Of a stretch of 64,000 nucleotides of DNA, positions 1 through 13,067 are shown one piece after another. How positions within the stretch are numbered: the first letter of the stretch is position 1; the number at the start of each line of letters is the position of its first letter. A model generated the notes under the pieces. That model made no database searches. It saw only the letters and a program-made list of their open reading frames with translations, and was not told where the DNA came from. The stretch spans positions 40,734,001-40,798,000 of the forward strand of contig OX597819.1 of the NCBI GenBank assembly GCA_951406725.2. Reading direction: 5' to 3'. A program made the position numbers and the translations under genes. Source of the DNA: Octopus vulgaris (Eukaryota).

Positions 1-1580
1 GCCACGGTCTGATGGTGCTTTTTACATGCCACCGGCATGTAAGTTCATATTCCACTGATGTGGATTTTTTGCCTTTTATCCTTTCTGGGTTGATGAAATA
101 AGTACCAGTTGAGTACTGGAAATGATGTAATTGACTACTTCCTCCTGCCAATATTTCAAGTCTTGTGCCTATAGTTGAAAGGATTATCCATAAACTGAGT
201 ACAGCAGTCAACAGACAGAATCAACAAGATAACAAAAAAAAAAAAAAAAAAAAAAACTGCCAAATTCACTCTTACTTTTCATTTGTCCAATGTCAATCAG
301 GGTCCATAAGATAATCAGAAGTAATTATGCAGGGATCAATTGAATGGACTATACTCTCTAATATACTAATATACTAATGTAAGAAATCATTATGATTTCA
401 GAAATATAAAAATAATATCGATCATGCCTTGTGTTATAATCAGGGGTTCTGAGTGAAATAGGTTGTAAAACAGAACAAAAATGCTTTTGGACCCCAGGGG
501 CAGATCCTTTGAAAATTCAAAGGGAGAGATTGTTGTGTTGAGAAAAGAGCCCATCAAATATTCCTTGGTTTTCTTGACCCTTGACTGTCTCCACCACTCA
601 TATAGGCCTTGGCTATAATCACAAAAAATTTGGCACATTTTGGAGATAATAAAAGTGCTTTGTTAGAATCTGTCATTTTAATGTCCATTTTTCCAAACTT
701 CATGGATCAGAAAGAATTCACTGTGGTAGACTTTCTATGGCCAAACGTGTTTCCAAACAAGGTAATATTTCCCTGTGGCTGGACAGGTTTACACAGAAGA
801 TTGAAAACAAACAAAACATCTTTTGCTTGCAAGATCATTATTTACAACCAGCAACCACACATGAAGATGAGAGAAAATATGAATTGAATCCACACACACA
901 TACATTTCTTTCATTCAGTTTCCATCTAACAAATTCATTCACAACGCTTTGGTCAATCTGGAGTTACAGTAAAAGATACTTGCCCATGGCATCACACAGT
1001 GGGTCTGAACCAGGACCATGTGATTGGTAAAGAAACTTCTTAACCACACAGTCAAATGATATCTAATGTTGCCATGTTCTGAAATATATATATGTGTGTG
1101 TGTGTATTCTTTTACTCGTTTCTGTCATTTGACTGTGGCCATGTTGGAGCACTGCCTCAAAGGGTATCAGTCGAAGAAATCGATCCCAGGACTTATTCTT
1201 TGTAAGCCTAGTACTTATTCTATCGGTATTTTTTTCCAAACCACTAAGTTACTGGGACATAAACACACCAGCATCATTTGTTAAGTGATGGTGGAGGGAC
1301 AAACACACATACACACACACAAATATATACATGCACACACGTATATATATATATATATATATACACATACACACACACAATGGGATTCTTCCAGTTTCTG
1401 CTTACCAAATCCACTCACAAGGCTTTGGTTGGCTTGAGGGTATAGGAGAAAACACTTGCCCAAGGTGCCATGCAGTGTGACTGAACCCAGAACCATGTGG
1501 TTGGGAAGCAAGCTTTTTACCACACAGTCACATACATACATGCATGCATACATGCATGCATACATGCATGCATGCATACA

Positions 1581-1613
<33 letters not shown>

Positions 1614-2569
1614 GTCTATGACCTACAAACGTTATGTATCACTGTACTAACAAAAATATTAGGTGTAGCTATACCCTGCTGGTCACAATGCTTCCTCATA
1701 TTGTTGTAGTTTTTGAGTGATGTCATCCTGCTGGCAAGGCAGTCCAATTACCCTTGAACAAAATGCCAGTCGATCGTAGGGTTACCCATTTACAGCCGAG
1801 TGGACTGGAGCAACAGGATATGAAGTGTTTTACTCAAGAACACAATGCATCACCAGTCTGGAAATTGAAACCATAATTTCAAGATTGTGAGTGCAACATT
1901 CTAACCACCAGGCCACATACTCCTTTTAACAGAATTCATATTACCTTTCTGGAACCCAAGGTTCCAGGACGACAGAATGCAACATTTGTTCAACCAGAAT
2001 TCAAATCACAAATCACATTCTGCCATTGTAGTTGATGGGAGACACTCCTATCAGTGACAATGGTAGAGTTTTATTCAGATTTAGAAATTTGGTTGAATAA
2101 ATGCTGATTTCTGTTAGTTTGTAACTGTGAATTCCAGAAAGGTAACATATATTCTATTAAATAGAATTGTTCATCTACATTCCTGGTGGTGGTATGCATG
2201 CATGTATGTATGTATGTATGTATGTATGTATGTATGTATGTATGTATGTATGTATGTATGTATGTATGTATGTATGTATGTATGTATGTATGTATGTATG
2301 TATGCATGTATGTATGTATGTGTGTGTGTGTATATATATATAAAGTTAATCCAAACATGAAAACACAAAGAGAAAACAACAACGCGAGGATGTGGAACAA
2401 ATATAGTATTATTGGACGATCAGGAAGGAAGGGAAGGAGGGTTTTACATTTCGAGTGGAGCTCTTCATCAGAAACATAGGAAATGGAAAGATCCAGAGAA
2501 GGGAAGACGGAGGAAAAAAAAAATTGTCAATGGTACACACGCGGTCATGTATATATATATATATGTGAC

Positions 2570-2627
<58 letters not shown>

Positions 2628-2634
2628 GTGACAG

Positions 2635-3105
2635 CACTGCATGTCTGGCACCCGTGCTACTGGAGTGCTAAGAGCACCAGCCGAGCATGATCATTGCTAG
2701 GGCCGCTGACTGGCCCCTGTGCTGGTAGCATGTAAAAAGCACCATTTGAGTGTGATCGTTACCAGCGTTGCCTTACTGGTACTTGTGCCCGTAGTATGTG
2801 AAAAACAACATTCAAGCGAGGGTGTTGCCAGTGCCGCTGGACTGGCTCCTGTGCAGGTGACATGTAAAAACACCATTTGAATGTAGCTGTTGCCAGTACC
2901 GCATGACTGGCCCTCTTACCGGTGGCATGTAAAAGCACCTACTGCACTCTCGGAATGGTTGGCATTAGGAAGGGCATTCAGCTGTAGAAACTCTGCCAGA
3001 TCAGATTGGAGCCTGGTGCAGCCATCTGACTCACCAGTCCCCAGTCAAACAGTCCAACCCATGCCAGCATGGAAAGCGGACATTAAACGATGATGATGAT
3101 GATGA
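2635..3105 (+). mobile_element. RTE 3'UTR-derived repeat with (GAT)n tail
   Basis: Homologous to 19480-19797. Further copies on the minus strand at about 7738-8200, 9643-9950 and 16620-16880. Confidence 0.8.
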
Positions 3106-3454
3106 TATGATAAAGAAATTATAATTAAAATCCAGGATCTGTGAGCTTTCTGACTGGTTTTTAGGTGCCTGTTTACTTTTGATGACATATTTTGGTTGTT
3201 TACATCTGTTGTATTCTATTACACATGACATAACCTCTCCACTCCATGGTTTCGTATTGTGTACACATAATGTTCACTCTCCTTCATTGCTTCTCTAACA
3301 ACAAAATAACTTATCAGTATCATTAGGGCAGTAGATAAGGAGAATTAGTGTCAAAATGACATTATGACAAATGACTCAGTATTTATTCAGGCTCTTTGCC
3401 TTATCAGTTCAAATCTTGTTGAAGCCTTTCATCCTTCCTTGTTGATGAAGTATT

Positions 3455-3925
3455 CTTCTTCTTACAGCATTTACCCGGGGTGGGTTGAGCTGGCATCATT
3501 CATCCTCAATGCTGCATCTCTCACAAACGCTGACCAGACCTGGCGATTTGAGGCTAATGACCGCGTGATCTCCAACCACTCCCTATTCCAGCGGCGAATG
3601 CCATAGATTTGGGGGCCTAGGTTGGGTTCCAGATCAGCCTTGACTGTCATCAGCCAGGTTTTTCGTTGTCCACCACATCGCTTTCACCAACCCTGAAGGG
3701 GAGCTGGGGCAATTGCTTTGTAGATGAATTCTCCTGGTTGACGACGGAGGGCATGACCCAACCAACACAAACGTCTCGTTAGGACGACTTGTCGGAGGGA
3801 GGTGATTCTGCACTGGTGTCACACCGAATTGTTGGGGACAAAGTGATGCCATCGGACATGAAGGATGCGGCGTAGACAGAGGTGATCAAAGGATTCTAGT
3901 CGCTTAATATCTTCCACCCTAATTG
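3455..3925 (-). mobile_element. RTE-like LINE 3' fragment
   Basis: RRLCWLGHALRRQPGEFIYKAI..PLQGW.KRCGGQRKTWLMTVKADL, with an (AAG)n-like tail. Confidence 0.7.
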
Positions 3926-4278
3926 TTGATGAAGTATCAACCAATTACTGAAGCTGATGCAATAAACCGTTCCTCTTAAATCCATAGTTTTGTGCTTGTG
4001 TTGTTGCATCATGTCATATTGAGTGCTCATGTCATATTCCATTGTTCAGTCCTTTACATGCTTCCCTGTTCTCCAACATTTCTGCAACACAGTTTCCTTT
4101 TTCAAGGCTTGTGTCTTCCTACAACTGCACATTTGGTTGACAACATCTGTCTCTTCTTTTACAATGTACTGGTTTCTATAGTAATAGGGAGAGTTTACAA
4201 AAAAAAAACAAAAGACGAAGACAGGTGGTGTACAAAACAAACAGATGTATTAGTATAATGCTCAGGAATAGAAAAAGT

Positions 4279-4314
4279 CTTTTACGTTTCGAGCCTACAC
4301 TCTTCTACAGAAAG
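4279..4314 (-). ncRNA. Minimal hammerhead-like motif, second copy of the same family (element about 4185-4420)
   Basis: cttt-CTGTAGAA-gagt-gtag-gctc-GAAACGTA-aaag; the adjacent ~100 bp is clearly homologous to 49078-49180. Confidence 0.5.
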
Positions 4315-4717
4315 GGACACAGAAAAAACAAAGAGAGAAAAAAAAGGAGAGAAAAAAAGGAGAAAAACAAGAAGAGAAAAAACATTTGTGTAGTGGCTAA
4401 CGATCTATCATGGCAACTAGTGCTATAGTAAAAACTGATGTAAAACTTAATCCTTCCTTTGTCAACAGAGTCTTATAAAAATAAGCCTATGTTGTTTGAG
4501 TGTTTCTGTTAACAATGATACATTTCCAAATTAGATGCTGTTCAGTAAATGTAACCTCCAGGAAACATATTTCACTCTCCTCAACATTTTGATTTGTGTT
4601 CCTTTTGTCTTGTTTCATATTGCTGTTATAAGTGTCCAACATTCAGATCCACACATCAATATGCTTTCTACAACGACTCAAGAAAACTGTAATTTGAGGT
4701 CACGAGATAGATATTTG

Positions 4718-5128
4718 GGATCTTTTCGGTTTGACCGGCAGTTTTTTCTAGTGGTGTCCTATGAAATTGTCACCCATAATTATGACCCTAGTATCGATCT
4801 ATTGTATTTCAATCTGTTTTAGGGTTAGGGGTGGGGGGGGAGGGTATCTTTTTTCTTCAGAAATGTAAATAAACCCAATCTGTTTCTTAAACAAGAGACA
4901 TATTCATACGGCACGGAATGTTTTTTACCTCAATGGACGTTATTGATTGGTTGAAATTGCAGAAATTGAAGAAAAAAAACATCAAATATCTTACAAACTA
5001 TAGAATTTTCTCAATAGAGCCAAAAGAAAAAGATGTTTTATAAACACATTCTACCAGTATGCGAAGTTTAAAATTTTTTAGTTACCTAGAAATTATGTTA
5101 AAAATTGCCGTTCAAACTGAAAAGATCT
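4718..5128. mobile_element. MITE with about 28-bp TIRs
   Basis: GATCTTTTCGGTTTGACCGGCAGTTTT ... AAAATTGCCGTTCAAACTGAAAAGATC; a truncated left end recurs at about 25596. Confidence 0.8.
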
Positions 5129-5169
5129 GATATCTGTTTTCCATATTACAGACATCTTATTCATTACTG

Positions 5170-5510
5170 ACCATGCCAATTTGATTCCCATTTCACAGTC
5201 CGTCTTCAAGCTTTCCATCCATGATCCCAGATATTTGAAGTCATTTACATGTTTAAGTTTGCACTCTTTGATGATATAATGTGTTCTTCTGGTTGACTGG
5301 AAACCACAAACTCAGTCTTATGCTGTCCTATCTGTTTTTCAGCTTCCTTGTCTAGTTGAAGCAGGAGCTGTGCTTCCTTGGTAGTTTTAGAAGTAACAAT
5401 TATATCATCTGCATAATTTGTATCAGTAATTATAGTTGCTGAACACATTTGCTTTTTGTCATTGAGAGGAACTACATGCCAACCTGTTTCCTCTGCATTT
5501 GATATTCCTT
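5170..5510 (-). mobile_element. LINE reverse transcriptase fragment
   Basis: DTNYADDI...EAQLLL...VNDFKYLGSW (YADD and FKYLG motifs), frameshifted. Confidence 0.75.
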
Positions 5511-6312
5511 ATGGTAGAAGCAGTTATTTCATTGCTATTGCTATTGTTGTTGTATAGATTATTCATGTAGTTTCATAATTATTGTGTAGAACCAGAAGGT
5601 AAAAAATACAGTGGTTATTAATGGTTACTGAAGATTATCATGTGCAGGAATGATTATGACACTGCTATAGCTACATGCTACGATTAGCTGATGAGAGCTG
5701 GGTAAAGAAACATCATGGGCTGGTAGTGTGCTGTATAGTGAAACTCTATACCCCTAAAAAGTGATAGCCAGCCATTATAAATAGGCCAGTAGCTGGTCAA
5801 CAGGAGAAGGTCAGGAAGGTCAAGAGTATGAGTAGACTGAGTAGATAGTGCTGATATAGAAATTATACTGTGATACTGATTGGATGTTATAATGATCCAA
5901 CCCTTTGAGGATAATAACATTGTATGACTGGGGGGTTATACAGTGCCAGATAGAACCATTCTATTGATGTTTTGGGAATATAACAACATCTGTCAGAGTG
6001 ATATACAAAAGGGGTAAAAGACTGCTTTACAACACAATGGAAGATACCTAAAGCAGAGGAAGAAATATTGAAGTCAGATCTCACAATGTTGGACATTACA
6101 AAAGACATAAAGCAGGACCAAGATGGATAATGATTCACTAAAGAATGGACCCATCGTCTTCATGCATAACATTCATTGAAAGTGAATGTTAAGTTTGAAG
6201 ACAATATAAAATATTAACAAAATTTGTTTTGTCATTACTTCTGTCATAAATCAATCAAACAACAACAACAACAGCTATAACAAGCCATCAATGTTTAAAA
6301 TAAGATACTAAC

Positions 6313-6443
6313 CAACACTGTGGCCTTGGTCTTCAAAGCTTTTGTAGAGATTCCTGCTATATGTACAAATGTCAGTTTGAACTTTGCGACTTCTTATTTG
6401 TCCAACCAGTCCTGCAGCATGCCAACTTGTGCCACAGCCAATC
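6313..6443 (-). CDS. PDPR: Coding exon 2 of the PDPR-like gene
   Basis: Acceptor ttttaacag, 131 nt, phase 2 in and phase 1 out, donor gttagt. Joined to exon 1 it reads R-IGCGTSWHAAGLVGQIRSRKVQTDICTYSRNLYKSFEDQGHSV(G), containing the family G-T/S-WH-x-AGL motif. Not in the ORF track. Intron 1 is 16,490 bp. Confidence 0.9.
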
Positions 6444-7033
6444 CTGTTAAAATTCAAAAGAAATAAACACATATTTTTACGAAGAAAACAAGAAAAAATA
6501 AAGCATGGATATTTATCATTTTGTTCTTTTTAAACTGGGCAGACAGAAAAACTTTGATGTTGGGATGTTGAGAAATCTAATGTTTTCTGAATCTGGAAAT
6601 TAAGCTACTTATTCTAAAGCAATGCTCTCCCATTTTTTTTGGATATAAATCTATTTACTTTTCATGGTAGGAAACATATTACAGCACTTTGATCTGATTT
6701 TATGCTCAACATAATATTTCCAGGTTGACAAACAGTGTTTTTCACACAGCAAAACATGCAGAAGTCACTTTATAAATAGCAGCAGTTAACATAACACGAG
6801 AATACTTTTAACTTCATATGTAATCAATACATTCACCAGAAAAGATACAATTGAAAAAACAGATTGCTGTTCTAGATAAATATCTGCAATACTTTTTGAA
6901 ATTTTAAGATGGCAAGGTTAGCAGAATGGTTAGCATGCCATTCAAAATGCTTAGCAGCATTTCGTCCATCTTCACGTTTAGAGTTCAAATTCTACCAAGG
7001 TTGACTTTGCCTTTAATCTTTTTGGGGTCAAGT

Positions 7034-7252
7034 ATAAGGGGGTGATGAAAAGTTTCTGGATTTGGGTAAAAGAAAATACAGGAGGATCAGTTAATTATGA
7101 TTTTATTCAACACATTCCCTTCTCAGATTCACATATTTATTGCAGTGATCCTTCAGTTTTCTAAGCCCTGTAAAAGAACTCGGAAAGTTGGGCCTGCAAC
7201 CAGGCCTTTTGTGATACCCTTAAAACTTGGAACTTTTTAATATTCCCTTGTA
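7034..7252. mobile_element. mariner-derived MITE
   Basis: Imperfect TIRs aagggggtgatgaaaagttt / aactttttaatattcccttg; right end duplicated at about 7270-7340. Confidence 0.55.
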
Positions 7253-7436
7253 CCAAACAAGCATTGAGGAAAGTTGGGTCCCCAGCCAGGCCTTTTGCAG
7301 TACCCTTAAAACCAAGAACTTTTCAGCACTCTCTCACACCAAACAAGCATTAAGGTCAATGCAATCGACTTAGCACCTCCCCTCAAATTGCTGACATTGT
7401 ACCAAAATTTGAAACCAATATTTTTTGATCTAGTTC

Positions 7437-9380
7437 GAAATTAGTTGAGGTGCAGCTTCAGAAAATTTTTAGCTGTTTAATATTTAATATTGTGTAAAAG
7501 GAAACAAACATATAAAAAGAAAATTTATACATAAACTTCATTGGTTTGCATTTTAGCCACTGCTGGGTAGTGTGTTTAATTTGTTCCCTGAACACTGTCA
7601 TGAATTCCCCCTTGTTTTTCAAAAATCCCCCCTAAATCACAAAATAAGTGGAGGAAATGTGTCCTATTTTTTAAATCCTAGCAGCAACATTGAAGCTGGA
7701 AGCATGACAATAATCTAATTCTACACTTTACCCCATTCATCATCATCATCATCATCATTGTTTAACGTCCGCTTTCCATGCTAGCATGGTTTGGACGATT
7801 TGACTGAGGTCTAGCGAACCAGATGGCTGCACCAGACTCCAATTTGATCTGGCAGAGTTTCTACAGCTGGATGCCCTTCCTAATGCCAACCACTCCAAGA
7901 GTGCAGTGGGTGCTTTTACATGCCACTGGCACGAGGGCCAGTCAGGTGGTACTGGCAATGGCCACGCTCAAATGGTGTTTTTTATGTGCCACCTGCACAG
8001 GAGCCAGTCCAGTGGCACTGGCAATGACCTTCCTCGAATGTTTTTTCACATGCCACCAGCACAAGTGCTAGTAAGGTGACGCAGGTAACGATAACACTTG
8101 AATGGTGCTTTTTATGTGCCGTCGGCACGGAGGCCAGCTTGTTGCTCTGGCAACAATTACGCTCGTATGGTACTCTTAGCACTCCACTAGCACAGATGCC
8201 ATCAAGAATATAAATTCACTGAACACCATAGCAAATTCCCCCTTGTTTTTCAAAAACCCCCACTAAATCACAAAATAAGTGGGGAAAATGTGCTCTATTT
8301 TTTAAATCCTAGCAGCAACACTGAAGCTAGAAGCAGGATAATAATCTAATTCTACACTTTATCCTATTCAAGAATATAAACATGTTTTTAAGCACAACAC
8401 ATGCAGAATCAAAAAGAAACACTACCTTTCTGAATTTGAATGTTATCAGGATCGATAACGTAAGTTACTTTCATAGCATTTACCAATTACTTGGGATTTT
8501 AAATATGCAGCCTAATGATTTTTCTATTTAAATTCAACTCAACATATCAGTGAAAACAGGTGCCCTACCCAAGAGTAAATAACAGAAAGTTGTTTTTATA
8601 GTAAAAATGTGTCATTTATGACAATATTTATTTAGAAAGTGAGATAAGTAAACAGTTTGACCCAAACACTGTATGTATACTTATCTCTTCACTATACTTC
8701 CCACCAGTGGCAGCTCATGTATAGGAACTGCGGAACTGCAGCATCCCCTATTTCCACTCAATATTATCAATAAAATTCAATATAATGAGTCCTGTTTTCT
8801 TTAATTCTTTCTTTATACTTGTACATTATATAATCCTTAAGCTTAATGTCAGTAGCCATCTCCTAGTTTGTGAAAACAATACAAAAATCCTTGTATAGAA
8901 CCGCGTGCTTCACAGTTCCAGTGATGCGGCGTTTGGCTGTTGTGCACATGTTCACATGTCCGAGATAGGAAGCTTCACACTAGGGAGAGAGAGCACTGCA
9001 TGGACAACAGTGCTAGGTGAAAAGTGGTGTTTCTTTTTGTCTCCGCATGTGTTGTGCTTAAAAACATGTTTATATTCTTGAAGGTGATAAAGTGTAGAAT
9101 TAGATTATTATCCTACTTTCAGCTTCAGTGTTGCTGCCAGGATTTGAAAAATAGGGCACATTTCTCCCCACTTATTTTTGTGATTTAGGGGGTATTTTTG
9201 AAAAAGATGGGGGAGTTTGTGGCAGTGTACAGTGAACAAATTAAACACACTATCCAGCAGTGGCTAAAATGCAAACCAATGAAGTTTATGTATAAATTTT
9301 CTTTTTATATGTTTGTTTCCTTGTACACAATATTAAAACAATGGCTAAAAATTTTCTGAAGCAGCACCCCACTAATTTTC
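7437..9380. mobile_element. Long-TIR (fold-back) non-autonomous DNA element with nested insertion
   Basis: 7437-7740 plus 8215-8407 are inverted relative to 9040-9380; part of the left arm (about 155 bp) is directly duplicated around an RTE-tail insertion. Confidence 0.75.
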
Positions 9381-10009
9381 TTGTGTGTGTGTTGTGTGTG
9401 TGTGTGTGTGCATGTGCACATGCGTGTGTTCGAGATAGTGAGAATATAGAAGTGTTATTACCTTAGTCCCCTAACATACTCAATACTAACACATTCATAG
9501 TATATCACTAGATATTTTTCCCAAAACTGGAGGAGATTTAGCTGTTGTATATAACAAATTCAGTTAATATTATTCTTTTACTAGTTTTAGCCTGTGGCTG
9601 CGCTGGGACTCAACCTTCAAAAATTTTTATCAATTATATTAATCATCATCATCATTTAACATCCGTTTTCCATGCTGGCACAGGTGGGATGGTTTGACAT
9701 GGAGCTGACCAGTTGGGAGCTACCCAGGCTCCAATTGTCTGTTGTGGCATGGTTTTCTATGGTCTGGGAAGCCAGGAGGCTGCGCCAGGCTCCAGTCTGA
9801 TCTGGCAGTGTTTCTACAGCTGGATGCCTTTCCTAACGCCAACCACTCCGTGAGTGTAGTGGGTGCTTTTTGCGTGCTACCAGCACAGGGGCCAGAGCAG
9901 GCTGGCAAATGGCCACGATCGGTTGGTGCTTTTTATGTGTCACCAACACAGACACCAAAGCTGTATTTGAAATAAATTAGTAGAAATAATCTTGAGAATC
10001 CTTTTATTA

Positions 10010-11010
10010 CACCTGTTCAATGACTCCACCATTACCATCAATGGCTGCTTTAATATGGGGTCAGAAGCATTGACATGCTTGAATCAGATGATCTTTATCA
10101 ATTTTGGACATGGTGAACTTGAGGGATTGTATGGTGTTACTGGGGAGTTGATTGACCTTCCTCTCGACTATGCCCCATACATAATAGTCTAGTGGATTGC
10201 AGTCTGGTGAACTAGGAGATCACGTGTCTGGGGGAATATGATCATGAGGATTGCCACACATCCATACTTGGTTTCTACTAGCCTTATGAGGTGGCATAGG
10301 GTCTTGTTGGAAGATGTATGGTCTTCCATTGCAAACTCTATCTACCCAGGGCTTCACAACTTTCTCCAACACCTTTGCGTAGATAGTAGTATTGACTCTT
10401 AAGCCCTGTTGCTGAAGACTTCCAAAACCATAACAGTTGCTGGAAACTTAGTATGCATGACCGTTGGAACCTCATTTGGGTCTCTGCATAACCATCTGTC
10501 CTTCCCTCAGTTTACCCTTTAGGCTTGTTTGATGTTTTTCTCATTGGAGAAAAACCAAAGCATTCTAGTCTCTTAGTAGTTTAACTTGTTCAGCAAGCAC
10601 TTTGCATGGATTGGATGATTCTCTTGTCACATCCAACATAAACTGCCCCTGCCCTTTGTATCACATATGACTTGTAGAGGACATTCTCATACAGAACTCT
10701 TGATAGCGCAGTCTGAAAGCTTGAGGTCTTTTGCCAAGGCTCCGACTGCATTCCCGGGGATTTTAGCGATTAGCTTTTGAACTGTTTTGTACAAAGTTAT
10801 GAGTTCTGATGGTATTAGGACTCTGTGCATGTGTTTTGTGTTTAGCTGCTGGTGGATCCCTGTCAGCAGCTTCTATCTTCTTTCAAACTTTGATAAATCA
10901 AGCAACTTTCAGGAAGTGAGCTATCTCTGTATCACTATACTGTACTTTTAAGGCAACAATTACAACATTGCCTTTTCAATTGCTGAGTTAGCCTGATATC
11001 TGACATTATT
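10010..11010 (-). mobile_element. Degenerate Tc1/mariner-superfamily transposase
   Basis: TKFPATVMVL, YAKVLEKVVKPWV, YIFQQD, SPDCNPLDYYVWGIVE motifs with stops and frameshifts. Confidence 0.8.
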
Positions 11011-12649
11011 TATCTGAAAAGTGGAAAAAGATAAGGTTGAAGAAAGTTAGAGATCTTGAGAGAAGTGTCCTAGAACCCCCTTCCCCCCACCAACACCCTG
11101 AAGAACCTTGTAATATATATAAAATTACATTTTTTAATATATATTACAAGAATTTTAATCTGAAACTGTGGTGAAACTGATATTTCTGTACTTTAGGAGG
11201 GCCAAGGGTCATACTGCCGATAAAGGCACACATGATGGTTGTAGTACGAAGTACAAAAACATACATACACACAAAATCATCATCATCATCGTTTAATATC
11301 CACTTTTCTATGCTTGTGTGGATTAGAATTAATTTATTAAAGCAGATTTTCTATGGCTGGATGCCTTTCCTGTTGCCAACTCTCATGTTTCCAATATTTT
11401 CCCATAGCTAGACATGTTTTTCAGGAAACGAGTAACAACATTTGTATGATGGTGATGCTCTTTCACAACCAACACATGATGTCTAGACACTTACAGTAGG
11501 GTTGAACCTGAAACCAAATGGTTGGGAAGCAAGCTTCTAAACCACACAGCCACACCTGTGCTATTTGTATTTGTGTGCAAATGTAGGTAAATAGAGTTTC
11601 TTATTTCTTTATTGCCCACAAGGGGCTAAACATAGAGTGGACAAACAAGGACAGACAAAGGGATTAAGTTGATTACATCGACCCAAGTGCGTAACTGGTA
11701 TTTAATTTATCAACCCTGAAAGGATGAAAGGCAAAGTCGACCTTGGCGGAATTTGAACTCAGAACATAACGGCAGACAAAATACTGCTAAGCATTCCACC
11801 CGGTGTGCTAACGTTTCTGTCAATGAAAAGCATTAGTCAATCTGAGGTTATGAAAGAAGACATTTCCTCAAAGTGTCAAGCATTGGGATTGAACCTAGAA
11901 TTATGTGATTGTGAAGTAAACTTCCAAACCATGTTGCAGTAGCTATGTCACTGAATTTTTTTTGCTGTATTCTTTCTGTTACCAAAATTCTATGGACTCC
12001 ACCTCCAAACAAAAACAGGAAAAAAATTAACACAACCCACCCATTATATCAAAGTGGATACATGAACCAGTGATATCTGTTCCAAGTATTTTACTTGTTT
12101 TATGTTAAAACTGGCTCTCACACCGACCCTACAATTTTCATTCTAAAAATATACATTCACATGTTTGAAATATTTGAGTTACAAGATAATGCATGATTAA
12201 TTAAAAACTATGTGAATAAACAAGCATTACATTTGACAGAGTAATCTGCATGTTAAAGGTTTAAGAAAGTAAGCATCGTTATAGAAAAGATAGAATTTGA
12301 GAGACAACAGTTCTATAATACTTTAATCCACATAAAACCAATTAAGTATTATTATGGTCTTGGGTTACAAGAATTACTTTACTAATGGGATATTTTCATA
12401 TTAAAACTTCCAAACAGAAAATTTTCAAAATGTAATATAGATTAAGTGATTTCTTTATGAATGCAAGATATATCCCTAATTAAAAAGAAAGTACGATGAA
12501 AGTGAGTCATAAGAGGGGAGGAGCTTTTGGCATAAGTACAATTTACTGTACTTATGTTAAAAAAATGGACAGAATGTTCATGGCTGGAATACTTTTAAAA
12601 AAGACAGGCATTTGCAAACACAGACAGTATACTCTTCCTCTTTTTTTTT

Positions 12650-13067
12650 TTTACTCTTTTTACTTGTTTCAGTCATTTGACTGCGGCCATGCTGGAGCAC
12701 CGCCTTTAGTCGAGCAAATCGACCCCGGGACTTATTCTTTGTAAGCCCAGTACTTATTCTATCGGTCTCTTTTGCCGAACCGCTAAGTTACGGGGACGTA
12801 AACACACCAGCATCGGTTGTCAAGCAAATGCTAGGGGAACAAACACAGACACACAAACATATTCACACACACTTATATATATATATATATATATACATAT
12901 ATACGACAGGCTTCTTTCAGTTTCCGTCTACCAAATCCACTCACAAGGCATTGGTCGGCCCGGGGCTATAGCAGAAGACACTTGCCCAAGATGCCACGCA
13001 GTGGGACTGAACCCGGAACCATGTGGTTGGTTAGCAAGCTACTTACCAAACAGCCACTCCTGCGCCT
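12650..13067 (-). mobile_element. tRNA-derived SINE family A with internal (TA)n
   Basis: Head AGGCGCAGGAGTGGCTG..GGTAAG...GGTTCAGTCCC (A/B boxes), tail (GTAAAAGA)n. Other copies at about 1108-1530(-), 14250-14403(+), 17728-18047(-), 19995-20285(+), 32782-33165(+), 44710-45153(-), 60200-60600(-). Confidence 0.9.

Noticed and set aside
1281-2690. YI/CV/HT/MYVC-repeat ORFs here and throughout the window
   Set aside because: Translations of (TA)n, (CA)n and (TATG)n microsatellites.
1-6312. PDPR exon 3
   Set aside because: I found no phase-1 exon with the expected G-x-x-x-x-G-S motif by eye; it probably lies before the window start.
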